Shown: positions 26,622 to 41,392 of the stretch, piece after piece
Numbering within the stretch: position 1 is the stretch's first letter
Layout of the letters: every line of letters starts with the position of its first letter
NCBI GenBank assembly: GCA_051294375.1
Contig: CM119266.1
Span: 10,577,571-10,641,570 of the forward strand
Length of the DNA stretch: 64,000 nt
Direction: 5' to 3'
Source: Paraspadella gotoi
Lineage: Eukaryota > Animalia > Chaetognatha
The notes under the pieces: generated by a model
Databases searched by the model: none
What the model was told of the DNA's origin: nothing
What the model saw: the letters and a program-made list of their open reading frames with translations, nothing else
Translations under genes and position numbers: made by a program

Positions 26622-28310
26622 CTGATGGCGGAGGAAAGATGAGGGGGGGGGAAGGAAACGGGGTGAATTATATTGAGATTATTTAGAAGTTAGGACTTTA
26701 ATGTTTATTTAAAAACATTAAGAATTTTCGATCATAGTTCGAATTTTCGAAATCGTTCTCAAGGTTACCTACCTCTTTATTCCTTCCCCCTTTTTAAAAA
26801 TCCCAAACCTTGCTCATACCCGATTTCCCCCTTAGCAACCCCTCCCCACATGATGACGATGATGCTGATGATGATGATATCTGACCGCTCTAGATTTTTT
26901 CGTTTCGTTCCGCGGCGGAACCCATCATCAACCGACGTCGCCGCCCAAAAGTTAATGTATTTGGTGCTCTCGCTCGTTCTCTCTCTCTCTCTCTCTAAAG
27001 CCGGGCGCGACGAAACTGCCGCATCTATGGTGCCACGGTGCCATATCTATGGTGCCCAAAGTTCAATCCCATAACGTTTTCTTCACCCAACGAGGGCCGG
27101 CCCCCGCGGACGAAAAGAAAAAAAAACCCGCTCCCGCCACGCCCCTCGCATATATTCCTCCCGACTCAATTATGCAAAATGTAGTGATGTGCCCATATTT
27201 CGCACCCTGTTGTGAGGATCGTCCCTATCGTCGTCGTTATCGTCGTCGTCATCTCGTCGTCGTTCTCGAAGTTGTTTGGGATTCTTTTTTTTTTTCCTCT
27301 AGACGTTATAGTCCGAAAAAAAAGAGGAACTTCTGTCTCACACTTTTCGTAATGACTCCCTTTGCTATATAGCAACTAAAATCGTTTACATTAATTATTT
27401 AATTCTTTCTGAAATTTTCTTACATTATTTTTTTTTCTATTAGAACTAATTCATGCTTCTCTTTTCCTTCGTTCATTAATTCTCTCTCGCTCTCCCGACT
27501 TCCCATTCCCCTTTTTTTATATCCTTCCCTTAATATTCGGGCGTTGCCCGGGAAAGGTGGGCGTGTCCGACTCCCAGGCCTTGCGGTTGCTAAGCAACGA
27601 GGGACTCAAATATTCTTCCTAGAATTTCTCGCTCGGTGAATCGCTTCGACCATTACCTTACCACCTTTTTTTTTTCAAAAGAGAAGAATATCGTTGATGG
27701 ATTCCCGGTTTAAAGCTGAAAATCATCTCCACCACATTAACCACCACGGCAACCACCCAAAATCAATACTTAACCACCTTTCCCACTGTTCACCACCCTT
27801 CCAAACGTCTCGCCATCTTCGCATCCGAGACGGCGCAAACCGTTGACGCCAACCAATATTGCGAACTCCCTCGCCGCTCGTTGTCCAACTACTCCCACGC
27901 CACCTCCGGCCATCTAATCTAACACCCTCGGAAGTACCACTTTCAGACACTCCCTTCCACTCTCAACCGCGCCCATAACGAATCCCCGGCGGCGACGTCT
28001 CTAGAGTTCCATCGATGGTTTCCGGTCTGTCGATCGTCTGGAAACGTCGTCGTTCTCGTCGTCAGCATTGTCGTCGTCATCAACCAATAAAAACATTAAA
28101 AAAATAAATGAAATTAACAATAATAATGATAAAACAGTTTCACGTTTGATTAATTCTATATTAATTCCAAAATCCAAACTAAATAAACAACAGTCATTCC
28201 CAAATTCCTTCGATCAGCTCCGCACTAACCTAACGAGTTTCACGCTCACGTGAGCCTTTCACGTCTCTCGAGATTTGCGCGAGTACGTCGTGGGTGCGAG
28301 AGAGAGAGAG

Positions 28311-28357
<47 letters not shown>

Positions 28358-31300
28358 GATTTGGAAAACAAAGATTTCTTGATATTTATGGAAAATAGTT
28401 AAGTATAGTGAAATAGTAAATATACTTAATAAACTTTTTAAGAGATATAATACAAAATAAACTCACTTGAAAAACATTCTAAGAGACATATTACATAAGT
28501 ACTTTATTTACCATAGATATACGTAAATAACACATTCTTCTCTTTAAACTGAAAGGTATATATTTAAAAGGCAGTGTATTCATTCGCAAAAACCGCCTCC
28601 CTGCCCCCTCCTTTTTTTTTGGCAACGCCCCTTTAAAAAGCTCAGCGTCGAGATTCGGGGTGAGTTAACCGCGTCACGCGTGGGTGAGGCGTAAAAAGAG
28701 AAGGGCGTGATCGGGGGTGGAGCCTGGGTGAGCGGTAGACTCCGGTGGGCGGGAAAATCGGTGACGAGTCTCAGGAGATCGAAGGAAAAAAAAACAGGGT
28801 GTTGTACATAATTCGTGGCAATTTTCTTTGGCTCTCTCTCTCTCCTCTTTTACTCTCACACTCTCTCTCTCTCCCTTTCGTTCTCCCGTCTCCCTTTGCT
28901 TCCCTTTTTTTTAGCTTGAACGTCGACTAAGAGCTTTATCCGCCTCCCATTCGACGAGTCATTCTGAATTCAAGTAGGGTGATCGTTGGGTGACTTCCTT
29001 TCCTCCTCCTCCTCCTCCTCATCCTCCTCCCGCCTCATTACACCCAAGGCTCCTCGTTCTCGTCTCCACGGATTCTCCCTTCGGTCGTCGTTCGCGATTA
29101 TTTCTTCATTTCGGGTCCCCAACTCCCAACGCGGGACGAAAGTCACATGGACGAGACGGCAATGCAACGCGGTCGATGCACCAACGCGTCGCGGTTCAGG
29201 GAAGGGGGGACCGAGTTTTAACGAGAAAAAAAAGTTTGCGGTTTTGGGAATAATAAAATTAGGTACATTTTTAAGCGATGATTTGTGGTTTGGGGGACGA
29301 ATATAACCGGGCGGTTACCACTTTTAATAAGTTCAATAAACGCAATGGATTCCCAAAACTAACCCTACAATAAGTCGCTAAATACCAACGCGGCAAAATT
29401 CGAAAGGAGCTAAAAAAATTATACAGCTTTGAACACAAACTTAACTTTAGTCTTATGTCGCGAGGCCCATTTGTCGAATACGCTCTATTTTGGCACCATG
29501 GCAACGAATTCAAACAAACAACGTCACAAATTTGCTGACACCGAAAACAAAAAAAAACCAAAAGGTCGCCCAATTGAAATTTGTGAAATTCAAACAAAAG
29601 AACTTGACGAAACTTAAAACCGACCCTTCGGTTCAGAAGTGAAATTTTTCTGTTTTAGAGACAAGAAAACTCGCTTCGCCCCACGATCGACCCCACTCGG
29701 CGACCTCATCCAACACGACCACCTCCTCTCCCCCCCCCCATTTTCCCCCTCCCCCCACGGGTCTCTCACCCCCGCCTCCGGCTCCACCGTTCCCTCATTC
29801 CGAGGGAATTCCTATGCAAAGCCTCTCCAAACGTTTTCTTTTCTTGTCCCGTCGAAGGAGTTTTTTTCTTTTTTTTCTTCTTTTTTTTTTGGTCGAAAAA
29901 AGAGAAGGACGTTGTCCAATCTCTGGTAGGAATTTTCCAGGGAGGGAGGGATAGAGAGATACGGATCTCCGTCTCGAAAGATAGAGGGCGTCGCCGGTGG
30001 AAATCGAGGGCGCCGACCGGGCGGAGATTCCGTTTGACCCCGAGACGGACGCGAGGCGGCGTCATTGGTCGGCGGAATCGAAAAGACGCGATCGAGAAAA
30101 AATCGGCGCCGTTATCGTCCAAGTGGGAGTGACAAAGAGACGCTTAATTTTATCAATTAAGAGCATTTATTAAATCAAATCGTAGAGAAGACGCCGAGTC
30201 GCTTATATCAACTCAATTTCAAATGACGCTCAGCGCCATCTTTAACTTCTCCGGCGTCATCCGGTCGGCGCCTCTTATTTCTCCTGCCGGGAGAAAAAAA
30301 AACGACCGGGCGGCCGATCGCCGGTCGAAAAAAGATTTCTGGTGGTTGGGTGACCTTGAAAGACAACTCTTTGCCACGCCTCTCTCGTTTTCTCAAAGCC
30401 CACTAATTCCACCTCCCCCCCTTCCTCCCCTCGAGGCGCCTCGTCGCCGCCTCGACGCCATTGCCTGACCGAGAAGCGGCCATTAACTCACCTCGAAAGC
30501 CTCCATTAACTCACCCTGGGTCTCACCTCGCGGACCAAAAAGGACGAACCCGTCCAATCGCCGTAACCAACCTCAAACGATCCCGTCAACATTTTCGGGG
30601 GGGAGGGCGGGGGGGGGAGAGGCAATCTCGAGTCGGACCCAATTCCCGCCAATTCCATCAATTTCCCCCCCTTCTGTCTATCTCTCTCTCTTTTTCTCTC
30701 TCTCCCTCTCTCTCTCTCTGCCTTTCTCATTCGTTTTGTTCTCTCCGTTTTTTTTTCTCGAGTTTCCTTATCTGGACCGAGGCAGTTTAGCTACCTCTTT
30801 CTCTCCCTCTCTGTCCACCTTTTCTTTTTCCCCTCACTCTCTCTCTCCCCCTCTCTCTCTCTCTCTCTCGCTTCTGGGTCATCGAGAGGTCAAAAAATCG
30901 AAGGTGACGCGAAGGCAAGAAAATGACATAAGCGGACACAAAAAAAGAAAAGGAAAAAAGGAAAAAGAAAAAAAGAATCTGTCCCGCTCTCACCCCATGA
31001 GGTTTTGTCGTGGTCACGCTCAGCACCATATAGCATATAGTGGTCAAGCTTCGCACCATGGCTTGTCCCGTGATCGGTCATGTCGAGAGATGTCAATCCA
31101 CCCCCGCCCCCCCGAATCGTCTCCTCCTCATGTCGACGCTCAGAACGTCTGTGTTTAGTCAGATGGACGAGATCGGCCAGAGCGACGACGACGACGACCT
31201 CGGTCACGGGGTTAAACAAACAAAAACAAAAAAAAACGAAGGGGGCAAAAACAAAGGAAACGGCGTCGACTAAAAATCGGAAACAAGGATTCGACGTTCG

Positions 31301-31859
31301 GGGATGAGTCGAGGTAAGGCTTCCGATTTAAGCCGGTAGATGGACATTAAACAACGATATTAAAACGGATTAGCGATTAAAAGTTTCGTCAATGTAACGG
31401 ATGCTAATCGTTCAAATTTTTAATTTAAAAAAAAGGTTAAGGCCTATACTATAGGGAGTCGGCCTTAAACAATGCTCTAAAAATTTGTTTCCAGGTTTTA
31501 TATTATTTTTTGGGGGGAATAGAAAGTTATATCTCAATGATCAAATTTCGGTAAATAAGTTTCTATACTCTTGATCAGGGAGTTCGACAAGATTTAATAT
31601 TTTGTCAAGGTTAAAACTTTTAATAAGTTTTCCTCATTTTACAAACAAAGATATTCGTTTTAACTCTCTCTCTTTTTAAAATGAAAACAAAAAACTCGTC
31701 CCATATCTCAACCGCCCCCCCGCCCCCCCCCAAAAAAAGAAACATTTCGTCGGTATTCCGTCGCATTTATTCACCCATCACTCTCGCCCTTTCCTTTTCA
31801 CGTCACCAAATGGCGTCCATTAGTTCGGAGAAAAGGCGCTGATTATTTAATGAAATATG

Positions 31860-31935
<76 letters not shown>

Positions 31936-33705
31936 CCAAAAAAGAGTTTTCAACTCCCTGTGTTTGTGCTCATGAATGGCAGGAGTCAGAGGCTGGAACA
32001 AAAGGTGAGACCGACGACGACGATGACAGCGACGACGAAAGGCGACGACGACGAGGATGTAAAGGTGTTACGAATGAGATCAGCATATTGAAAGGCGACG
32101 AGAAATGAATGGACGAAAAAAAAAACGGCCAGAGTCGTAACGAGGCTACGGTTCGCGGATTCGGCACCATTAACGCCGCGGGAGCGACGTAGGAGCGCCC
32201 GTAAGAGTGCCGCGTAGGGAGCGTTGGCGCTACTCCAGCCACGGGGTCGTGGGGGCGAGAGGCCGGGGTCTCCTGGACTGACTTTCGCNNNNNNNNNNTT
32301 TTTTTTTTCTTCTGTCGCTGTCTCTCTCTCTCTCACTCCTTTTTTTCGGTGATCCTCACGAAGCGTTAATCTTCTCCGTCGCCTTGAAAAATGGAAGTCA
32401 AAGTGAGACGGAGACAGAGAGAGAGAGAGACAGCGGTGAGAGATGGAGTCCTTTTGAGAGAATGAAATGGAAATGGAAATGATTCTCTCATCCTCATTTT
32501 CTATCTTCCTTCATTTCAGACGTCAAGACCTTTTCATCCATTAAGAATTAAAGAGACGTTTGTCTTTTGTTTTTTCCATCAAATTTATAGCCTCGAATTC
32601 GTTGGATCTAAATTAACCTTCATTTTTTCAAAGAAAGAAGTAAAAAGATAAAAAGGGTAAAGAGATCCGATTTCTCTCTCTCCGAATCCATGGGAATCTC
32701 GGTCCCACTTTTCTCTCGACTTTCAATCAGCAGAGTAGCAACAGAGAGAATTTCTTTTTCTTTTTTTTTTTGCTTTTTTTTTTCTATTTTCGAATCCAAT
32801 TTTGGTGAAAAGAAGAAGAAAATGAAAGGATGGAAAAATATTGCGCGCTGGGTGGAGGTGCTGAAAGGATGGAAAGATGAGAGAGAGAGAGAGAGAGAGA
32901 GAGTACACACACAGCTCCAAAAATTATCCCCCCCCCAAAAAAAATGTGAACCGAGGTGAAATCCAAAAGATTTTCACCGATTCACTAAAATGAAAAAAAA
33001 GAAAATCCATGGGGAGTAGCTTTTCCCCCGTCGTTAATCCAGTCCCAACCACCACCCCTACCCCTTACTCACCCCCCACTGCGTCGCCCAATCACCGCCA
33101 CCACCGCTTAAAAAAATATGTTCGCCGCCCGGCAGGATCGAGAGAGAGAGAGAGAGAATGAGTTGCCGGGCGGCGTCAAATCGGGTGGAAACGGAGTCCG
33201 TGTAATGCGGCATCAGACACAATGGCCGAGGGGGAGACTCGTCAATGGGATTCCACGTATCTGCGGCGAAGAACACGGAAGGGGCTTTTAGCCTCCCCCC
33301 TCAACGCCCCCCTTTCTCGCCTTTAAAATGCAATTCGATCGCTCTGAAATGGAGGGAGGATGTGAATGGACCGAAGGTTCGATCGGATTCTCGGCGTTAT
33401 GCGCCGGACGTCGTTCCGGCTAAATATGGGCGAGGGTGAAATTCTTTTTTTTTTTTTTTGTTTTCTGTTTTTTTATGTTTTGTTATTTCTTGGCGGGAGC
33501 AAATAATGACCACAAAAAAAATAAACTTGGGTGCTGTTCGGGTCTTTGTCTTAATTGACTCGATGTCAAATGGTAAAATCTTTTCTGATTCTTTTATTTT
33601 ATTTTTTTAAGGAAAGGCGGGGATAGTTTTTTATGCTCAATTTGCATATTGGCATTGAAGAAAAGGCGAAGGTGGTTAAAGACGTTTCGAGCGAGGAGAA
33701 GGCTT

Positions 33706-33792
<87 letters not shown>

Positions 33793-34020
33793 CTCTGTGA
33801 GTCTAAATCAACTTTGGACGAAATGCGACGAAGTCGAGTTGGGGATACGAAATCCTCGGACGACGCGATCGCACCTCCGCGCGCGGCAGAATGGGCGGGG
33901 CGAATGTTTATTTACTCTCTCTCGCTCGTCCCGCATAGAATTTTTTATGTTTGTTTTGGGTGACGTAGCGGAAGAAAAAATTGGGGTGATGAAGAGGGAC
34001 GAATGAGAGAAGAGAGGGTT

Positions 34021-34067
<47 letters not shown>

Positions 34068-35050
34068 GAGATGGAGTCATTACGGAGAAGGACGAAACAT
34101 GAAATACGAAATAGATTATGGCTAAAAAGGGTTGAAAGGTGGGTGAGCGGTGGCGATGTCGCAATGCTACACAGAAACATTAGGCGGATTGGGTTAATGC
34201 GTATTAAGTAGAACAATAACATGAGACCATATTCTTTAATTGAAAAAAAAAACAAAAACATGCAGGTATATTCCAAAGATTTCCGTGCCTTCCAATGTAC
34301 CCAAATTCACAGATCTGCATATCACACCCATCACCCAACGCGTCACCCCTCTCCAGCCTCTCCACTCCGCCCCCAAAACGCGTCGACGGCGTTCACGGAC
34401 TCAGTCAAGGGAAACAACTTCTTCACATTCCTTCTTCGTGTTCCACCCGTTGACCGTTAGACCTCCGCTCTCTTTTTTTCTTTTTCTCTTTCTCCGCTTC
34501 CGGTCAAAAAAAAAAAAAAAAAACCGGTCGGGACGCGGCCTTCGTCATAACGACACACTTTTTCGTCGTTGGCCGCGAAAAAAGGAGATAATGGAAAGGT
34601 GAGATAGAGAGCGAGACAGAGATAATGGAAGGAAGAAAGGATTTTTTTTCGGAAGAAGGAAAAAAAAAATCGGACAGGATCAGGAATGACATTTTTTTTG
34701 GGGGGGGGTTAAAAATCGCCTCCGCATTTAAACGGCATCAACTTTTTATACTTTATACTTCTCTCTAATTCCCCTCAACCTCGAGCTTCCTTTCCGAACC
34801 GCGAAATGTTTCACGAAAAGACTTCGCAATCGTCGGTCAACCTTCGAATCACGAAATCACGGCGACCCTCACGACCTTTTACCCACATTCACGCCTCGAA
34901 ACCACACCTGTCACCCACTTTCACACTTTTCCTCACGTCCCCTTTTTTTCCATTTCTCCCTCTCATCCCTTCCCTCTTCGTACCGACTTTCCGCCACCGA
35001 AGTGACCCCTTGTGCTCCTCGGTGCGCGGCCTTCGTGTGGGTTTATAACA

Positions 35051-35105
<55 letters not shown>

Positions 35106-35850
35106 TCATTTCGGTTGATGCTCGTAGAAAGATTCATCACTAATTCATCTTAGGAGACAAATATAGAATCTCGGCGTCCATACGGAGGCTGACCGATCGC
35201 GGAGCGCGGAGGGGCAAGAGAGATGGGGGGATAGAAAGGGGAGTAGTCGCGGGGATAGAAAGGGAAGCGTTCGTGGGACAGTTAGTAAAGCGGTCGGGAA
35301 ACAGAAAGAGAAGAGGTCGGGGAAAAATAACGGGATGTTGCAAGGATTATAAACAGGATGGCCGAGAATTAAAAAGAGACAGGAAAAGTGGCAAGACAGA
35401 AAGGCGATGGATACTGAGGGTAACATGTTGATATTTGATTGCAAGAGGAAAAGAAGTAAATAAGTAACGGCAAGTTCACATATACAAGTATAACGATGTA
35501 TCATATATTGATACAATAATATCGCTCGAGTTAAATAAGCATTTCAAGAGGTTGCCGCACAACTAAAAATATTAAATTTTAAAGTTGGGGAAAAACGGGG
35601 GCGAATGCATTTGAATAATTGGTGATGTTAAAAAATAAAGTCGAGGGTGGAATTAAACTAGTGTTGTTAATATGTATTACTGCATTTTTGTCCACCTAAA
35701 TTAGGTTTCAATTATAGCAGCAGTTTAGACTTTTTAGCCATGGGACTAAAGCGGATGGGATTTAAAAATGATTTGGATGAAAAGCGATTAAGAAAACGAC
35801 AGAAACGAGCAGCGTTGTCTCCTCATTCATGAATCGTTATATAGAAATTA

Positions 35851-35888
<38 letters not shown>

Positions 35889-36660
35889 GGTATCACCGTG
35901 CGTTCGAAGACTTAGTCATCTTCGTCTTGTCATCGTAGCCTGGATTTCCCTCTCTATCACCACCCCCCTAACAGAAAGAAAGAAGACGGCAGTGGGGGGG
36001 GGGAATTTACGGTGATAACGAAGACGTGGTTGTCAGGGTCGCGCCCGAAAGCAGGACGACAACGACGACGACGAAACAACAAGAAGACAAAACTGTGTAC
36101 ATCTGTGTCTCGATGGTCTAAAGTCAACCAAGCTGTCGGGGTTTTCTGTGTTATGTTTTATTTATTTACAAAAAGTACTTGGAACAAAACATGCAAAAAA
36201 GGCATTCAAATGAAAAAAAATTGTATAAATTTACAATTCAACAAACAAAACGAAAATTAACAATAAGACGACAATATTTTTTAACTATTGTTTCTAGACG
36301 AAACAAGAAAACTCAAACTGTTGAGAGAAGCCTTCTTAGTAATAAAATAACCTGACATTTCACATCATCACTCACTTTTCAGATCGCCAATCACTATCAC
36401 AGTGTCATATCAAAGTCACTTCTCAGTTCTCACCTCTTCTCATCCGCCTCTCGTCGCCTACGCGACTTTTTGGAGTCGGCAGCTGTGTTGACACAATTTC
36501 TTGATTCTTGACGGAGGGAGAGCCCCTCTCTCTCTCTCTCTCTATCTTTATCTCTCCCCTTTCATCCCTTTCGCCCCATGGAAAAAGGAATATACCGGCG
36601 GAGGCGATCCCATGGGGCGAAGAGAAAGAAAATGGGGGCGCGGGATCCTCGGAGATTTGA

Positions 36661-36720
<60 letters not shown>

Positions 36721-37266
36721 GATCCGAATTGGAGAATTCAAGATTTAGTGAGACGTCTCTCAACCATTGACGGAGAGGGTCAGGGGTTAAAGCTACCGAT
36801 TTCGAGTTTGTTGTTCGGCGATTCGAAGGAGAGAGAAAGATATGATACCGAAGGAACGATCAATATAACTTATAATGAGATTTATGAATACAATTTCACA
36901 CAAATGAAATTTACATGATGAATGTAAAATACTAATTTTAATCGAATTTTATAAAAAATTCAACAACTCAATAATTGTTTTTAACAATTTCATAAATTTA
37001 ACGTGGGATTGGAGCTTTATTTAACGCACGGATTCGAGGGACTTGTCAGCGAAACCTAACAAACTTAATCGCTCCGGTGAGACGCTTTAAAAATTGTTGA
37101 ATATAACCTAAGATTAGGGCTACATTCATAGGGGCTTCAATAGTCCGCATTTTCTCAAACACTCGATCCCTCGACGCATGCGCGTTCCGTTCACGGGCGT
37201 AAACGCCTACGCGAGCGTGAAAAACTCTCTCCCTCGAATTTCATTTCCATAACGCGTTCTCCGATT

Positions 37267-37366
<100 letters not shown>

Positions 37367-38297
37367 GTGAAAAAGACGGGCTCCCGGGAAATCTCATGGG
37401 GACGCGGACAAAAGACGCAGACGATCGGGACGAATGTTTGGGTTTAATGCTAACGCACCTTGACAAATCGTTTGTGAATATATCCACTTTCACATGTGAA
37501 GGTATGAATGTCCTTAATGTTAGGACGGTTACCACTGATTTCTAACTGATTATTAACTGAACTAAACTCATTAATTGAAAAAGATAGATTTCTTTAATCT
37601 ATAAGAAGCAAATTGTAGTTATTTTTATTTTATATTTTTTGAATGTTTCTTACATTAAACAGTTTACAGATGGAGTAATGTCTAATCAATATTTTAAATA
37701 TACAAAACTCCTTTTTAATATTAAGCCAGAGATGAAATAAGATTAGTTATGGGATTTGGTGACGGGATTTCGAAGGCCCCCAAAGAAGGGTGACTGAAGA
37801 GACGAAAACGACTGTGAAAGCCCTGAGATACGATCGTCTCCTANNNNNNNNNNCCCGGCGACGGAGAAGGAATAAAAATTCCATCTTTCTTTTTTTTTTC
37901 TTTTTTTCCGCGCGAATCGATTTGACGCTGGGTGATGACTCTTTCAATATTTCTTTCCATAAAGAGATTTCTTTTTTTAATATTTGTTCTTTTTTTTTTC
38001 GTTCTTTTTTTTCGATTCAAGGTGAAACACACCGAGAGTAATTGATTCGCTGATTTTCTATTTGGCGACTCGTCTCTCTCTCTCTCCCTCCTTTGAAGTT
38101 GTTTGTTCTTCGGATTTCCAAATCCTTTTTTTTTGAGGCGTCGGAAACACGGGGAGAGAGAGAGAGAGAGAGAGATATACGGACTGGATCAGAAAAGCAG
38201 ATGGACATAAGGGGCGAGTCCCAAATGCGGCAATTTGCACGTGCGCCGCGTTGGCGGAGCTAAAAACGAGGTATTTGGAATATGGAATATACCGTCC

Positions 38298-38336
<39 letters not shown>

Positions 38337-40645
38337 CGCGTGTCCCTCTCCGTCGCCGAGGTTCTTCCCTTTTCTGCCCTTAATGGGCATTCCTCTTAAG
38401 GAAAAATTATGGTCACCTCCGGGGAACCAGTCCCGGCGACCCGGCCGCCCTTTTCCGCCTCACCCTTCACCCAACCACCGCCCCATGGCCGCTCCCACAC
38501 CCCCCCCTACTCCCACCGCCAACCCGCAGACATTTTGACCTTTTCGGTTGGGAAAAACCAAATTCATAGCGAAGGCAGGGGTCCGTCCTTCCCGGATGTG
38601 GAGAGAAAGGGGTGATGGAGAAGAGGTGAAGGGAGGGGTGATGCAGAAAGAGTGTGATGGAGAGAAAAAGGGGTGATGCAGGGTGATGGTTTGATGTAGA
38701 TCTCCGTGAATGTTTGAGCATGATATTGCTTTTAAAGAGAGTTCATAGTGCAGGTCGGGGTGGGAATGAAACGATGGGCGTTTCCAGCGTACGAAATAAG
38801 TCCCCTCTCCAAGTCTCAAGGTCGAGGACGTCGTCCGGGATGACCCCGATTCGGGAATCGATTCCGGAAGCCGGTCACGACCGGAGGGGGGGGAGGTTTG
38901 GTCCGGTTCTGTCTTGTGAGGAGTGAGAGAGAGTGTCAGGCCGAAGATCGGAGAGAAATTTTTATCGTCATAATAATAAGTTTAATATACTGAATATTAC
39001 AAATACAAATATATATATGTTTCATAGCCAAGGTGATCAAAATCCAATAATAAACAAGGCACTCGATTCGGAAGACAAATCCCGATTTTTACCGCCAGAA
39101 AAATCGATATCTTGGTGGATCGGGTCAAAAGGTGGAAATATGAAGGAAAGAAAAAAAAAGATGAGCAACAATGGATTTCCAATTGAGTTAAAAACCCATC
39201 CCTCATTTTACGATCGGTGAGCTGAAGAGAGAAGGAAGGGAGAGAGATAAAAGAAAGGGAGCAAGATAGAGAGAGAGACAACCACAGGAAAGTAAGTGTC
39301 GTCCGGGGAATCGTGAAGATTGACCCGACTGTTGGGTGGTCAAAGGAAAGGGATTCTTAAACCGAATGAAAAGGTGAAAGAAGAGATAAACGCCGGAAGA
39401 AGATAGAGAGAAAGCGAGAGAGAGAGAGAAAAGTCTTTTCCGACCTTTTCTCGCATTCAGACATTCGGACAAGAGACAGAGTTTGACATGTCAAGACATT
39501 CTAGTATGTCACAATGGGAATAAATCCCTTTGATCGTTTGATTTATTTTTTGCGATAAAATAGTACTACACAAAACTGATTTGTTTTTCTTTTAAAACGT
39601 TTTCTTGCTCGGAATACAGTAATAATCATTCTCTTATCCATCAGTTTTGAAAGCACTGTATTGCTGGTGCTAAGTAATAAAAACATCGCAACTTACGAGT
39701 CTTAAAATCCTCCAAGATGTTTTNNNNNNNNNNGAATAAAAAAATCGCAACGAGACTTAAAAACCTCCAAGACGTTTTGAGTCATCAAGATTCAATGATT
39801 CAGAGACAACCACACGAGCCAAAGATCGCGACGGGGGAGAAGGGAGGAGGGGGGGGAATTGAAAAAAAAACCACGCATGCACCTTCGATCGACATAAAGA
39901 TTATCATCGGCAGCTGTTGTTTCCCCTAATTAGAATTTATACGAAATCGCTTCGTCGATGTCATCGTCCTCCTTCCACTGGCGTCGCACCAGCCTCATAT
40001 CGGCAACCTCCGCCCCCTTTCCTCCTCCGCGAGCCCAACGGCCGCGGGGGCATCGCGCGTTCGAATCCGAGAGAGGAAATACCGCGGAGACTCGGGCTTC
40101 GCCGGGCTGATCTCTCGCCACTGGCTCGACCCTCCCCCCTCCCTCCTACGACTGACTGCTCGGCTGTTCGTTCGGCTGTACGCACGTGTCGCTTTCTCTT
40201 GGCAAAATGTTCGAGGAAGTTAAGCGTTTGTACGGAACATCTTGACATCGCTTTTCTGCCCAGAATCTTAGTGGTGTGGCAGGAGATATTAATGTTAAGA
40301 GGTTTAGATCGAGAATGAATTTATACTCCAAAGAAACGGATAACAATAACAATGGAAATACTAAGTCTAAAAGAGACAATGGAATAAACGACTGAGGGAC
40401 ATTTTAGGGACAATTCAGGACATGTTAACAAGGTCACACAAACGGTGAAAGAGAGAAAGAGAGAGATAGTTCGTAAACTTCGAAGGTCGCGAGTTCGAGT
40501 CTGCCACAGTGGAAAATTAATGGGGAATTTCAAAATGTTCAATTTACTGTCGCCAAACCAGAATGTTGGTGCCAAAAATCAAATCAAATTGCTGTTCGGT
40601 CTTTTTGGGCGAGCTAAGCTAAAGTAGAAACCAACTCTCTCTCTT

Positions 40646-40694
<49 letters not shown>

Positions 40695-41323
40695 ATCTTC
40701 AAGCCCTTTCCCGCTCCATTGACTCTCGATCGAAGAATATCGAAGAAAATTTTTATTGGTTCGAATTTAATTCGTATCTCGAGGCACGAATTGAGAAAGG
40801 GGCAAGGGTAAATGAAAGGGAGAGGGAGGGAAAGAGAGAGAGAGAGAGAGAGATAAAATCGGGAAAAAATAGTTGTGGTACAAATACTAAAATTAATTAT
40901 AAAATTGTTATAAATGTGACTAATTTGTATTACTTGTCTCTAAGCTAAACTTGCTCATAATCTTTTCCACCTAGTGTTGTTCGTATCAGCGATTTCTTTC
41001 TTTAACTTCGTCTCGGATTTTCGTCGAGTGTCATCATCTTAACTTTCGTCGTCGTCGTCGTCGTCGTCTTTCTTGTATTTCGTCTTCGCCTGCGGAGTCG
41101 CCTCGAGCGCCGCGCGTTTGACCAACTGGCGCAGAATTCGGGCCCCGAGTCCATCCTCAGGGGTCGAGGCGCGTGTTCGAGGGGAGATGATCTTTTTCCT
41201 CTCTCCTCCTCTTTCTGTCGCGTTTCTTATCCTTATTTGGGTAAGTATTACTAAGTAAACCTATGTAGTACTACATTATTACATAATATTACATTGTAAG
41301 AGTGATGGAGGCCTTAAACCACC

Positions 41324-41392
41324 AAAGCCTGTCCAAAGTCAGGGGCAAATGGATAATTTTCATATTGGTTGTACCAATTTTCATAGACTAAC
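41324..41392 (+). repeat. Short dispersed repeat fragment, copy 2
   Basis: Two-block match to 9303-9392. An inverted partial match, ggtacaaccaatatt, lies at 63091-63105. Confidence 0.6.

Noticed and set aside
39482-39510. p53-like response element (tgacatgtca agacattcta)
   Set aside because: Too many mismatches to RRRCWWGYYY x2, including one in the core of the second half-site.
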